Positions 29,817 through 38,745 of a stretch of 64,000 nucleotides of DNA are shown in pieces. The stretch is from positions 19,117-83,116 of the IMG/VR virus record IMGVR_UViG_3300025317_000002. One strand, written 5' to 3'. This DNA comes from a virus. Under the pieces are notes generated by a model, which was not told the origin of the DNA, ran no database searches, and saw only the letters and a program-made list of their open reading frames with translations. The position numbers were made by a program, and so were the translations under genes. The first letter of the stretch is position 1. Each line of letters starts with the position of its first letter.

Positions 29817-31490
29817 ATGCAAAGACAAAAATACTACCACGATCTCGAAGTCGATGAATTTATCTTAAACGAGTTTCAGGACAACATCGAGAAAACCACC
29901 CACGATAGGACCAAGTATTTAACGGGCTTTGGTCTTGTAGTAAAGAGCGCCACTTCTGAAGTTCTTCCTTATGCGGATACCCCTCCTGATTTCGGGGTGA
30001 AAATTCCCGCTCTTCAGGGATGCGACATCTTAGGTAGACTCACCCAGCTTGGTGCTATCTCCGATCTTTCTCTCGCTAAAGTAGGCTTTACTGAAATTGG
30101 AGCCTTCGTGGGAATCGGAACAGGGACTACTGTTACCTTCCCGGAGACCGGAAAAACCAAGTGGCTAACTATTCTCATTCACTACACTACAAAAGAATCT
30201 GACAAGAAGTATGATGGATTTGGTCAACCAGTCTACTTCAAGCAAGAAGAGTCTTTTCGTTTCGAGATTCGAGAAGGTGCCAGCGCTGCAAATGATGTAA
30301 ACGGAGCATCCCAAGCCGTAAGACCCACTCTAAATACTTCTACGGAAACTGGACTTTTCTTGGCAGATGTTCTCATGGTTCCTGGAGAATCGACGATCAC
30401 GAATACCAGAATTGACGTAACAAGGCAGAGCTACCTATATCGTCAAAGTGCCCTTTCGCTTGAGCATAGCCCAACTGGAATCCATGACGATGCGAAGCTC
30501 GGGCAGAGATTCTTGAGGCTCGCAGGGACACTCACTGGTTACCCTGTGACTGGAAACGTCGAGATCTCTTCCGGTATTACATTCGACGGCTACGACATTT
30601 CGAATTTGACCAAGGAGCATAATGCAGACGGCACGCACAAAGGTAGCATCACCTTTGCTAAGAACACTCATGATGGAATCGATGGAGGACCTAAACTTCT
30701 TCAGGCCAACACGCACGAAGATCCAGACACAAATACCACAGGAGCTATCCATCATACAATTGGGCCACTCTCTTCTCAGGTCTGCTCCGGAGATGGCACC
30801 TACAACAACGTTTTCAAGCTCGATCGAGATGGCTCTAGCGCAACTGCTCCTGATCAATACGTAGAATTTCGCTCCGGGGGCCAAACATGGGGCCACCATC
30901 TGTGGTATCGAAGCGCATCCGGTGTGCTCTACGTCAAGGATAGGGATAGTGGGAACGAGCCCTGGAGACTTGGAAGGTGGAGAGAAGGGGAGCGGCTCTA
31001 TATTGTTCCTCTTACTTCTGTAATCAAGAACGTAAATTCCACAGCGGATTTTACTTACATTGAGGGAGGGGGAATAGGTGCAACAGGCTCCGGAACTGGA
31101 TTTGCTAATCCACAAGGAGGAATTGGACCATTTTTCTTCCCAGATGGCTTTAAGCTTGTTTCTGTTTCCATCCAAACCAGAATTGTAGAAGATGGTGCAG
31201 GTGGCCCTGGAACTCCAACAGCTAGATTTATCATGCAAAGGCATACCAAGACAAATGATGTTACCACATGGGGAGTGACAACCATCTTGGATGTTTCTCA
31301 TACCATCACTCAAAATACGAGCGGAGCGGTAAGATATTCCCTCTTGACTGGAGAAGAGTTAGTAGATAATTTCAACAAGCAATATTCCATGAAAATTGAA
31401 ATATCAGGACTTAGTATAGTTAGTAGTGACTTAGTTCAGATCATGATCATTGCACTTGGTGTCATTCCCAATTCCTCTTCCACCGTTTAA
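29817..31490 (+). CDS. tail fibre protein, paralog A
   Basis: After baseplate genes; His-rich 'EHNADGTH', 'HHTIGP' motifs; colinear with next gene. Confidence 0.65.
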   Translation: MQRQKYYHDLEVDEFILNEFQDNIEKTTHDRTKYLTGFGLVVKSATSEVLPYADTPPDFGVKIPALQGCDILGRLTQLGAISDLSLAKVGFTEIGAFVGIGTGTTVTFPETGKTKWLTILIHYTTKESDKKYDGFGQPVYFKQEESFRFEIREGASAANDVNGASQAVRPTLNTSTETGLFLADVLMVPGESTITNTRIDVTRQSYLYRQSALSLEHSPTGIHDDAKLGQRFLRLAGTLTGYPVTGNVEISSGITFDGYDISNLTKEHNADGTHKGSITFAKNTHDGIDGGPKLLQANTHEDPDTNTTGAIHHTIGPLSSQVCSGDGTYNNVFKLDRDGSSATAPDQYVEFRSGGQTWGHHLWYRSASGVLYVKDRDSGNEPWRLGRWREGERLYIVPLTSVIKNVNSTADFTYIEGGGIGATGSGTGFANPQGGIGPFFFPDGFKLVSVSIQTRIVEDGAGGPGTPTARFIMQRHTKTNDVTTWGVTTILDVSHTITQNTSGAVRYSLLTGEELVDNFNKQYSMKIEISGLSIVSSDLVQIMIIALGVIPNSSSTV

Positions 31491-31500
31491 GGATTAAGCC

Positions 31501-32988
31501 ATGAATAGGCAACAATATTATCTTGACAGGAAACCCTCCCCTGAAGATCTCAAGGAACTTCAGACTTATACTGAAAATGCTATGAACCAGCGTGCGGCTG
31601 ACATCTCAGGCTACGGTCTCAGGGTAAAGAGCGTTGTCTCAGAAGTTGCACCGGAGGGCAACCCAGATACAACTATGAGCATAAAGTTCGCCACCCAAGG
31701 CGAAGTAGTTGCTCTTGATTATCAGGGAAGACGGATCACCATCCCAGCTCTTGCCACAATCTCCATCGCCAAGCCAGGTAGTACTCCTACTGGACAGCTC
31801 AATGCCTCCGTCACCACAGCCGGGGTTGGAGACATCACAATTCCTCTTACTGGCCTCTACAAGTATATTACGGTTCTTATGCACTATGATACTTTGGGGA
31901 CCGGGACGAAGAAGGATAAAGACGGAGTGGATGTGAACTTCAATTTGCTGGAGTCCTTCTACTTCGAGATCAGAGAAGGTGCAGAGGGAGCTTCGCCCAG
32001 CCCAGTTATCTATGATCCTAAGGTGGATGGCATTCTTCTTGGAGATGTTCTCATTGGAAACAGTACTCTAGGATCTCCTCAGCAAATCACAACTTCTATG
32101 ATCTCAACCTCCAGGCAAAAGCACATCTACCCTGCCAACACTTATCCTATAGGCCACAATCCAGATGGCTCACACAAGGACCCCTTCAACATTTCTTATT
32201 CCACGAATACACATAAAGGAGGAATAACAGGTCCCATACTTGATCAAGTCGATACTCATCAGAATGCAGATACCAACACAAGCGCGTCTTCCATTCATCA
32301 CACTATTGGGCCTTCTTCCACCCAAGCATGCTCTGGAGCCGGTACACACGCCCAAACATTCAGCACGGACCTTATTGGTACATCAGAGCCAGGTCCAGAT
32401 CAGTTTCTTCGAGCAAGAAAGGGCTACAACAGCCTAACAGAGATTCCAACGTGGTCCTATATTCAGTTTGAAGGGACTACCGGTTACTGGAAGGTTCTGG
32501 AAAATTCTCTATCGTGGAGACTGGGAAAATGGAAAGATGGAGTGAGGAGCTATACGGTCCCTCTTGTTTCAGGAAAAACTAGACTAGCACCAGGTAGTCC
32601 TATCTTTATCTCAGCAGCGGGAGGAAGGCTCCAAGCCCAATCAAGCTTTGGGGCATCTCCTTATGATCCTCAAGAGATCATAGGGCCCCTATTCTTTCCA
32701 GATGGATTCAAGCTTGCGACCTTGGATATGAATGTGACGATTGTTGGGTCTGGAACGGCAACAGCGAAGCTCATGAGGACGGCTAAATCTGATTTTACTT
32801 CCACTCAGATTGGAATCTGTACGGCCAGTGCTTCAGGAAATGCAGCTCAGGACGATTTTGCGGACCACACGGTTGATAACGTAACTTACCTCTATTCTAT
32901 CGATGTGCTTACCACTAATAATAACGGTACGATCACTTTCAACTGGGTTTCTATCGGAATTGAAGCCAACTCGAGCAGCACGATCTGA
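31501..32988 (+). CDS. tail fibre protein, paralog B
   Basis: Shares 'M.RQ.YY', 'ESF.FEIREGA', 'IHHTIGP.S.Q.CSG.GT', 'WRLG.W', 'FFPDGFKL', 'NSSST' with paralog A. Confidence 0.65.
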   Translation: MNRQQYYLDRKPSPEDLKELQTYTENAMNQRAADISGYGLRVKSVVSEVAPEGNPDTTMSIKFATQGEVVALDYQGRRITIPALATISIAKPGSTPTGQLNASVTTAGVGDITIPLTGLYKYITVLMHYDTLGTGTKKDKDGVDVNFNLLESFYFEIREGAEGASPSPVIYDPKVDGILLGDVLIGNSTLGSPQQITTSMISTSRQKHIYPANTYPIGHNPDGSHKDPFNISYSTNTHKGGITGPILDQVDTHQNADTNTSASSIHHTIGPSSTQACSGAGTHAQTFSTDLIGTSEPGPDQFLRARKGYNSLTEIPTWSYIQFEGTTGYWKVLENSLSWRLGKWKDGVRSYTVPLVSGKTRLAPGSPIFISAAGGRLQAQSSFGASPYDPQEIIGPLFFPDGFKLATLDMNVTIVGSGTATAKLMRTAKSDFTSTQIGICTASASGNAAQDDFADHTVDNVTYLYSIDVLTTNNNGTITFNWVSIGIEANSSSTI

Positions 32989-33225
32989 TCATTTCTCAAT
33001 CCAATGGCATGTCTTGTAAATGCTTCTTCTTAGTTTTCCATCCTTATCGATCTTTCTTACCACCACAAAAGGAACCCCTCGTTCGAAGAAATGCTGTGCC
33101 CAGTTTCGGATGATCCATTCTTCGTTGGCATCGCAATCCTGAATGAGTCGATTCTGATCCCACATTCTCACTTCGTTTATTGTATTATGGCAATTGATGT
33201 CCTTCGCATCGATTTCTTCATACAT
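32989..33225 (-). CDS. hypothetical protein
   Basis: Last gene of - strand operon; GGAGG RBS. Confidence 0.6.
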   Translation of the reverse strand: MYEEIDAKDINCHNTINEVRMWDQNRLIQDCDANEEWIIRNWAQHFFERGVPFVVVRKIDKDGKLRRSIYKTCHWIEK

Positions 33226-34111
33226 GGTGGAACAACCTCCATTCTTGCACAGCCGAAAGCATTTCTCTCACGGACTTGATTCCCACTCCTTTTACTTTTA
33301 GAAGCTCATCTCGAGAGAATTTGCTTAACTCTTCCCAGGATTTGATTTTAGCATTCTGAAGAAAAGCACAAGTTCGTGTGCTCCAATAACTCCAGTTTGC
33401 TACATCAGGTTTAGCATTCTCTTTGAGCGATTTCAAGGCAACGTCTTTGAATTTCGTATGATGTCCCCAATCATCCTTACGAGAAATTTTCTCTTCAATT
33501 ATAGAAAGAATCTTGCCAAGATCAGACTCCTCATTCCAATCTACCTTCACGAGCTCCGTGACTGAGCCCATATAGCTTACGTAGCCTTGATAGGCATCTT
33601 CCAATCCCTGAAGGTAATCCAGAGTCAATCCAGCTTCCATGCTCCGCCCTCGCTTTCTGGCCCTGGCCAGAGCAACTTCTGGCCTCACATCCAGATAGAT
33701 GACAAGATCAGGAAGTGCGACCTTATCTCGAAGCAAAGTCAGAACCTGCTGATAGATTTCCATGTCGGAATCAGAGATATGCCCATCCCTCGCAAGGAGG
33801 AGCGAGAAACAGAAGTCTTCACAAGGGGTTCTATCCACAATAATTCCTGGATGGTAGAGCTTCATGGTTCGAGCAATGTTGCTTAGCTCAAATCTGGCAG
33901 CTAGAAAAGCCATCTGAAGAATGAAGGCGCTTCTGGTCTTGGTGCAGGTTCCAGCTTGGAGATCCTGGTAAAATTCCTCCAGGTGTGGCCGAAGCGCATC
34001 TACCGGCTCAGGAAGCATAGGCCAGCCAAGGTGCCTTTGAAGCTCCTCACAGAGGCTCGATTTTCCCGAACCCAAAAGGCCAGCAATTCCGACATAGAGC
34101 CCTTCAGACAT
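33218..34111 (-). CDS. deoxynucleoside kinase fused to an RNA polymerase alpha-CTD-like domain
   Basis: P-loop 'GLLGSGKSS', 'EPV', 'DRTPCED', 'RGRSME'; C-terminal 'STRTCAFLQNAKIKSWEELSKFSRDELLKVKGVGIKSVREM'. Confidence 0.85.
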   Translation of the reverse strand: MSEGLYVGIAGLLGSGKSSLCEELQRHLGWPMLPEPVDALRPHLEEFYQDLQAGTCTKTRSAFILQMAFLAARFELSNIARTMKLYHPGIIVDRTPCEDFCFSLLLARDGHISDSDMEIYQQVLTLLRDKVALPDLVIYLDVRPEVALARARKRGRSMEAGLTLDYLQGLEDAYQGYVSYMGSVTELVKVDWNEESDLGKILSIIEEKISRKDDWGHHTKFKDVALKSLKENAKPDVANWSYWSTRTCAFLQNAKIKSWEELSKFSRDELLKVKGVGIKSVREMLSAVQEWRLFHHV

Positions 34112-34132
34112 ATCTATTTCCCCCTCAATAAA

Positions 34133-35119
34133 TCAGAATGCAATAATAGTTTCAGAGGCAACCAGAAACTGAAACAACCTCGCCATACCAAGCCCAGCTC
34201 CGGATCTTGGATAATATCCCTGCTCAAAAAGCTCGAGATAGGGCTCAAAGTAACAAAGCACACGATCAGGATTAAAGCCCTTCTCTGATGCCAAATCTTT
34301 TAAGTGCAAGAGCATTGGAGAATCAAGAAGCTTCTCTCTCAAGATCCTTGAATCTGGTTCTCGCTCCGACCCACCAATTGTCTCTCCAGGTCCAACCTTA
34401 TCTGTTTCTGCTTCTCCAGGGAGGAGCAGATCGACGCAATCCACTTCACCTTTGTGCTCAAGAGATCTAGAACGCCTCATATTCCAGAACTTGATGCTTT
34501 CCGGGTAATGTGTGACCTGAACGATGCCATAAGTCTGAGTAAGAATGTTTTCCGCTTTGGCGTCGAGATCATCTCCATATTCAAGTTCAAAGCACTTGTC
34601 TTTCAGAGTTTGGATCGCCTCCTTGTAAGTGATTCTGGAAAATCCTCTTCTCCAGTGAGTATAGAGGGACCAATGCTGCCTTCTATTCAGAAGCTTGGAT
34701 CTTAGCACTCCTTGAATCACATAAGCAAGAAGATCTTCGTTGTAGTTCAGAAGATGTTCCAGATTTCCATCCAGGAATTCATACTCAATGAGTTCAAACT
34801 CCGTTTTATGGCGCCCGTCATCCCATTTACGCTCCTTCCTGAAGGATCTCCCTATGATATAGGCTCTGGATAAGCCACTACTCACCAGAAAATGTTCCAT
34901 ATCGAGCTGGCCAGTCTGACGTAGAATAGAAAATTCAGAACCACTCTCCACATAGAACAAATTAGCTACTACCTCGCACCCTCCAGAGATATTGACAATC
35001 TCGTTCAGGAATAGCTTCAGAAAGCCCTTGGAGTCCATCCACTCCTCAACCAGCTTCATGACATAGGCTTTAAGCTTTAGCTCATCCATAAGCGTCAAAC
35101 CAGAAAGCCCTACATTCAT
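34133..35119 (-). CDS. class II aminoacyl-tRNA synthetase-like protein (AsnRS/AspRS catalytic domain only)
   Basis: 'LRQTGQL', motif 2 'SFRKE...RHKTEFELIEYE', 'HYPESIKFWNM', 'DLLLPG...GETIGGSERE', motif 3 'SGAGLGMARL'; AGGAG RBS before ATG at 35119; no N-terminal OB fold. Confidence 0.85.
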   Translation of the reverse strand: MNVGLSGLTLMDELKLKAYVMKLVEEWMDSKGFLKLFLNEIVNISGGCEVVANLFYVESGSEFSILRQTGQLDMEHFLVSSGLSRAYIIGRSFRKERKWDDGRHKTEFELIEYEFLDGNLEHLLNYNEDLLAYVIQGVLRSKLLNRRQHWSLYTHWRRGFSRITYKEAIQTLKDKCFELEYGDDLDAKAENILTQTYGIVQVTHYPESIKFWNMRRSRSLEHKGEVDCVDLLLPGEAETDKVGPGETIGGSEREPDSRILREKLLDSPMLLHLKDLASEKGFNPDRVLCYFEPYLELFEQGYYPRSGAGLGMARLFQFLVASETIIAF

Positions 35120-35120
35120 A

Positions 35121-36230
35121 TTATTCTCCTTCCTCCTTGCAACGTTCCAACCAAATATAGCCACATCCTCCACATTTCCGGTGGAGATGCTCCCCCTTTA
35201 CTCCAAATTGTAGAGCACAAAGAGAACTTTCATCTACTCCCGCACAGTAAACCGAGGTCTTGATTCCGTCCCACCCACATTTTCCGCATGGAGTCCAATT
35301 CGATAAAGGGGGGAGATCAAGATTGTTGAGAAATACCATTCTCCAAGATAAAAGCCTTCGCCTCTTCTCCTCGTAGGAATGCCCATCCCATTTATCTGGA
35401 TAATTGGGAAGAAACTCAAAGAGATCCATATTACTCTCTTCGATTAACCAGCTTACTTGCCCATTAGGAAGTTTCATGTAAAGGCTAGAATACAAACCAG
35501 AGTTGGAAAGTTGACTGGGTAGGATATAAGTCCCATCGGTATTAGCTGCTTCCAAGATAGCTTCCTTGTATGTCTGGTAAGCCGTATAAGCATCCTCTTC
35601 TTTCTCGAAAGTGCCAATTATTTTCTTCTTCCCGCCAATACTGGCATAAGCTCGGTATCTGCTCCCGTGCAACTCATAACCTTTCCCTTCAAAGGCTCGG
35701 TTTAGCATCTGCCCACGCTTCGTGGCAAGCCGAAGGTTCTGTCTCGTATTATTTAGCGGATTTCTGTCTATATGATCTACGGTATAACCATCAGGAATGC
35801 CTCCAAACATTCGTTTGGCAATCTGCACATGAAGATACTCGTCTGTAGTATGGTTTCGCACATAGCCTTTGTGAATGACAAGAGGGGAGCAGATTCCTAC
35901 ATCACAAAGCGATACTTCAATCGAAACCTCTTCCTTTCCATCTGGGCTAACTACTCTAAGGGAGGTCGGAGTCCAATCTACCCCGCCTTCCTTTGTTCTT
36001 CTAGCTACTCCAGTCTCCCAGCCTAAAGATAAAACCAATCGGGACAAGAATGCCAGAATCGTATCTCGATCCCAGCTTAGCTCACCTCGCAATGCCTGAA
36101 AACTTACAGCTTCCTCTTTTTCTTCAGGCTTGACTTCCAAGAAAATCTCCTTGGGATGTGTGACTTGGCACATCACACAAAGTCCATCTTCTACAGCTTG
36201 AGCCCCATGACACATCTTACAAATGTCCAT
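35121..36230 (-). CDS. chimeric protein: WDGH-signature phage protein with in-frame HNH-AP2 endonuclease and terminal Zn ribbons
   Basis: HNH 'VDHIDRNPLNNTRQNLRLAT', AP2-like 'YRAYASIGGKKKIIGTFEKEEDAYTAY', then 'LPNGQVSW...YPDKWDGHSYEEKRRRL'. Confidence 0.75.
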   Translation of the reverse strand: MDICKMCHGAQAVEDGLCVMCQVTHPKEIFLEVKPEEKEEAVSFQALRGELSWDRDTILAFLSRLVLSLGWETGVARRTKEGGVDWTPTSLRVVSPDGKEEVSIEVSLCDVGICSPLVIHKGYVRNHTTDEYLHVQIAKRMFGGIPDGYTVDHIDRNPLNNTRQNLRLATKRGQMLNRAFEGKGYELHGSRYRAYASIGGKKKIIGTFEKEEDAYTAYQTYKEAILEAANTDGTYILPSQLSNSGLYSSLYMKLPNGQVSWLIEESNMDLFEFLPNYPDKWDGHSYEEKRRRLLSWRMVFLNNLDLPPLSNWTPCGKCGWDGIKTSVYCAGVDESSLCALQFGVKGEHLHRKCGGCGYIWLERCKEEGE

Positions 36231-36253
36231 GAATTTCCCAGATGTCCGAAGCT

Positions 36254-36883
36254 TTACTTTAAATTTACATTCAGCTCGTATAGTCTGCCAGATTCAATAG
36301 TAAGAGAATTCTCGTATTTAGAATATCCAGATACCTCTACTACGAGAATGTAAGATCCAGGATCAACAGGAAATGAGTATTTAGACCCAAGTATTCGAGA
36401 CTGGCCTCTCGGAACCCTGGTTATAGGGTCCAATAAGCTAATAAGAGCATCTTTTACCAACCTACCATCAGATGTAGTAATAGCAAGTTTTACAGTTGCT
36501 CTATCGCCGGCATACGCAGAATTTACTAAACCAAAATCAAGTAAGCTTCTGTTTTCAACAGGATTCAGCATCTCGGACCCTAAAGAAGGTGTGGGTGTAT
36601 AAGGCGTGCCAGCCATGAGTACACCCAATATTCCCATTCCCCTCATAAAGGATTGTTGTTGAGAAGATGGGATAAATACCAAAGCACTAATAGCGGTTAT
36701 CAAGATGATCAAGAATATAGAATAAACCGGAGGAAAGTATATTTGGAGGTTCTCAGACACCTTCTGGGAAATTTGTACTATTGAACTGGCAGGGCCCTTT
36801 TGAATTAGATCTATTATTGACATGACAAAAGCTCCACTACAAGCGCTGAGTAGTAACCACAGAGTTTTCACTTCATTTCCCAT
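36254..36883 (-). CDS. membrane protein with C-terminal carboxypeptidase-regulatory-like beta-sandwich
   Basis: Three hydrophobic helices; 'G.YSFPVDPGSYILVVEVSGYSK'. Confidence 0.65.
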   Translation of the reverse strand: MGNEVKTLWLLLSACSGAFVMSIIDLIQKGPASSIVQISQKVSENLQIYFPPVYSIFLIILITAISALVFIPSSQQQSFMRGMGILGVLMAGTPYTPTPSLGSEMLNPVENRSLLDFGLVNSAYAGDRATVKLAITTSDGRLVKDALISLLDPITRVPRGQSRILGSKYSFPVDPGSYILVVEVSGYSKYENSLTIESGRLYELNVNLK

Positions 36884-37581
36884 TTCGGCACAAGTTTTGG
36901 TTCAACAAGAGTAAAATCTTCGAAGCGGGTTACCTGGCTACAATCTGAGCAGGCTCCTTGGAGTAGCGACCCTTCCCCATTTCGAAGCCTAGTCAGCTTA
37001 TCCCCGATATAGCCACCACAAACCGTGCAGCAGTAATAGTGAATCAACTCGGCTGACAGTTCAAAAGCTTCTTCCTGAAATTTAGGAGGAAGGATTGCTT
37101 CCTTTTCCTCAAGCTCTTCTTCCTTCTCTTTGGGAGCGAGAAGCCCCTCAGCCATGCTCCGCGAGACTTGAACTTCAAATCCTGGAGAAATACTAGAGGA
37201 AGTTGGAGTTACAGTAGTTCCAGAGATCTCGAGTAAAGTAGGAAGCACAGCTTGCTCGGAAGATATTGATTCAAGTTCTACCTCGGTTTTATTTTCCTCA
37301 GAAAGAAGAGTAGGTTCAGACGAGGCGTGGGGGGAAGCAAATGTCACTTCCTCTTTGGGATCTCCCTGTTCTAGCCCTATCTGATTAGCCAAGGCATCTT
37401 CCACTTCCTTGGCACAAACATTCCAGATTTCTTGAGTAAGCCCCACCTTGGTAAAGAGGAAATGGGTAAGAACTCTCACCTGCCCATCCAAGGCAATATA
37501 GGCTCTGGCTAGTTCCTGGATGACCTCTTTTCGATTTGGCAGTTCTTTCCTCTTATTCAACGGTTTATTTCGATTTGCCAT
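36868..37581 (-). CDS. hypothetical protein with C-terminal Zn ribbon
   Basis: CxxC...CxxC; low-complexity acidic linker. Confidence 0.6.
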   Translation of the reverse strand: MANRNKPLNKRKELPNRKEVIQELARAYIALDGQVRVLTHFLFTKVGLTQEIWNVCAKEVEDALANQIGLEQGDPKEEVTFASPHASSEPTLLSEENKTEVELESISSEQAVLPTLLEISGTTVTPTSSSISPGFEVQVSRSMAEGLLAPKEKEEELEEKEAILPPKFQEEAFELSAELIHYYCCTVCGGYIGDKLTRLRNGEGSLLQGACSDCSQVTRFEDFTLVEPKLVPKWEMK

Positions 37582-37593
37582 AGTGCTTCTCCT

Positions 37594-37800
37594 TCAGACA
37601 ACTCTTGTGTACCCCCATCTATTCCCATTTCTTGAACAAGATTTACAGGATTTGGGTTTCGTGTTTTCATAGGCCCACTTATCGATTGATCTCTCTCGCC
37701 CACACGCACAACGAATTACATATTGCTTCTTACCTTTTGGACTGAGTTTTGCCTCTACAACCTCATAGAGACCAGATTTCGACCCAACTACTTCTTCCAT
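37594..37800 (-). CDS. small Cys4 domain of the type found on phage HNH/AP2 endonucleases
   Basis: 'VGSKSG...V......Y..RCACG.E..I.......KSCKSC'. Confidence 0.55.
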   Translation of the reverse strand: MEEVVGSKSGLYEVVEAKLSPKGKKQYVIRCACGRERSIDKWAYENTKPKSCKSCSRNGNRWGYTRVV

Positions 37801-37819
37801 AGGACAGCTCCTCTAGAAA

Positions 37820-38134
37820 TTACAGGATAGGTTTTTCATACTTACAAATATGATGCCCCTGTCCACAAAGATAAGAGATTCTGAATTGAAAGTTATCTAT
37901 CCCAGACATCTTCTCTATCTCATAATTCATAACGCGAAGTCTGGAGGTTAAGCCTCTTTCCAAGCAAAGAGGACATTCTTTCTTGTGTTTGCAGCATGAG
38001 CCACAAATCGTAGCTCCATTTCCACAAATATCACAATCTATTCTCCAAGAATTTGGTTCCTCAAGAATACTACCGCACAGCCTACAAGAAGCTTTAGTAG
38101 AATTTTCAAACTCAATAAAATCTATCTGGGACAT
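37820..38134 (-). CDS. Cys-rich Zn-finger protein
   Basis: Four CxxC pairs. Confidence 0.55.
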   Translation of the reverse strand: MSQIDFIEFENSTKASCRLCGSILEEPNSWRIDCDICGNGATICGSCCKHKKECPLCLERGLTSRLRVMNYEIEKMSGIDNFQFRISYLCGQGHHICKYEKPIL

Positions 38135-38142
38135 TGTTATCT

Positions 38143-38745
38143 CTAGGCATTTGGGATCATTGTCATATCTATTGAAGCTCGATTGGTTTGAGCTTCCTGA
38201 ATCCAGGCCATCGTATAGGTGGCTAAAAGGGAGTCTCCTTCAAAGATTCCTCCTGTAGCCATATGGAATTCGTCTTGACTCTTCCGAAACTCCTGAATAA
38301 CAAGCTCAAGTCTAAGAATATCCAGAGATCTCAAGATGTCTTCTAGGGAGATAAGAATAGAATGAATTCCTACTCGAGTAGAAGTCCAAGCTAAATAAGT
38401 TACTCCAAGTTGCATGTAGGTTTCATCAGGGGAAGCAGGATTGGTAAAAGTCAAAACTCTTCTTACATCCGGAGAATAATTTCTACCATTTAGTTCATTT
38501 GGTTTGGACTTAAAAAGCCACTCTGAGAACTCCTGAATCCAAGCTATCTTGGATATCGACACGTTGTAAGTTGAGGCAGCATAGAGATCAGAGTGAACAT
38601 CACCATTCCAGATCTCAGGAGTCGGGGAAAATAGTTTTATGATGTCTACAATTTGTACAAAGTCTAAAAGAGGACCTTTGTTCTCCATTGCTTCTTTCGC
38701 CAGGCTTTTCATAAGTTCTACCATTTCTTGAACATAGTTTTTCAA
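38143..38745 (-). CDS. hypothetical protein
   Basis: ORF coupled to upstream gene; GAGGAGG RBS. Confidence 0.55.
   Translation of the reverse strand: MKNYVQEMVELMKSLAKEAMENKGPLLDFVQIVDIIKLFSPTPEIWNGDVHSDLYAASTYNVSISKIAWIQEFSEWLFKSKPNELNGRNYSPDVRRVLTFTNPASPDETYMQLGVTYLAWTSTRVGIHSILISLEDILRSLDILRLELVIQEFRKSQDEFHMATGGIFEGDSLLATYTMAWIQEAQTNRASIDMTMIPNA

Noticed and set aside
16712-31313. Long antisense ORFs such as 16712-17404, 26090-26647 and 30435-31313
   Set aside because: Shadow frames opposite well-supported structural genes, with no motifs
291-32988. Interpretation as a bacterial extracellular contractile injection system or tailocin
   Set aside because: Portal, terminase, neck and a full replication module are on the same contig, indicating a phage
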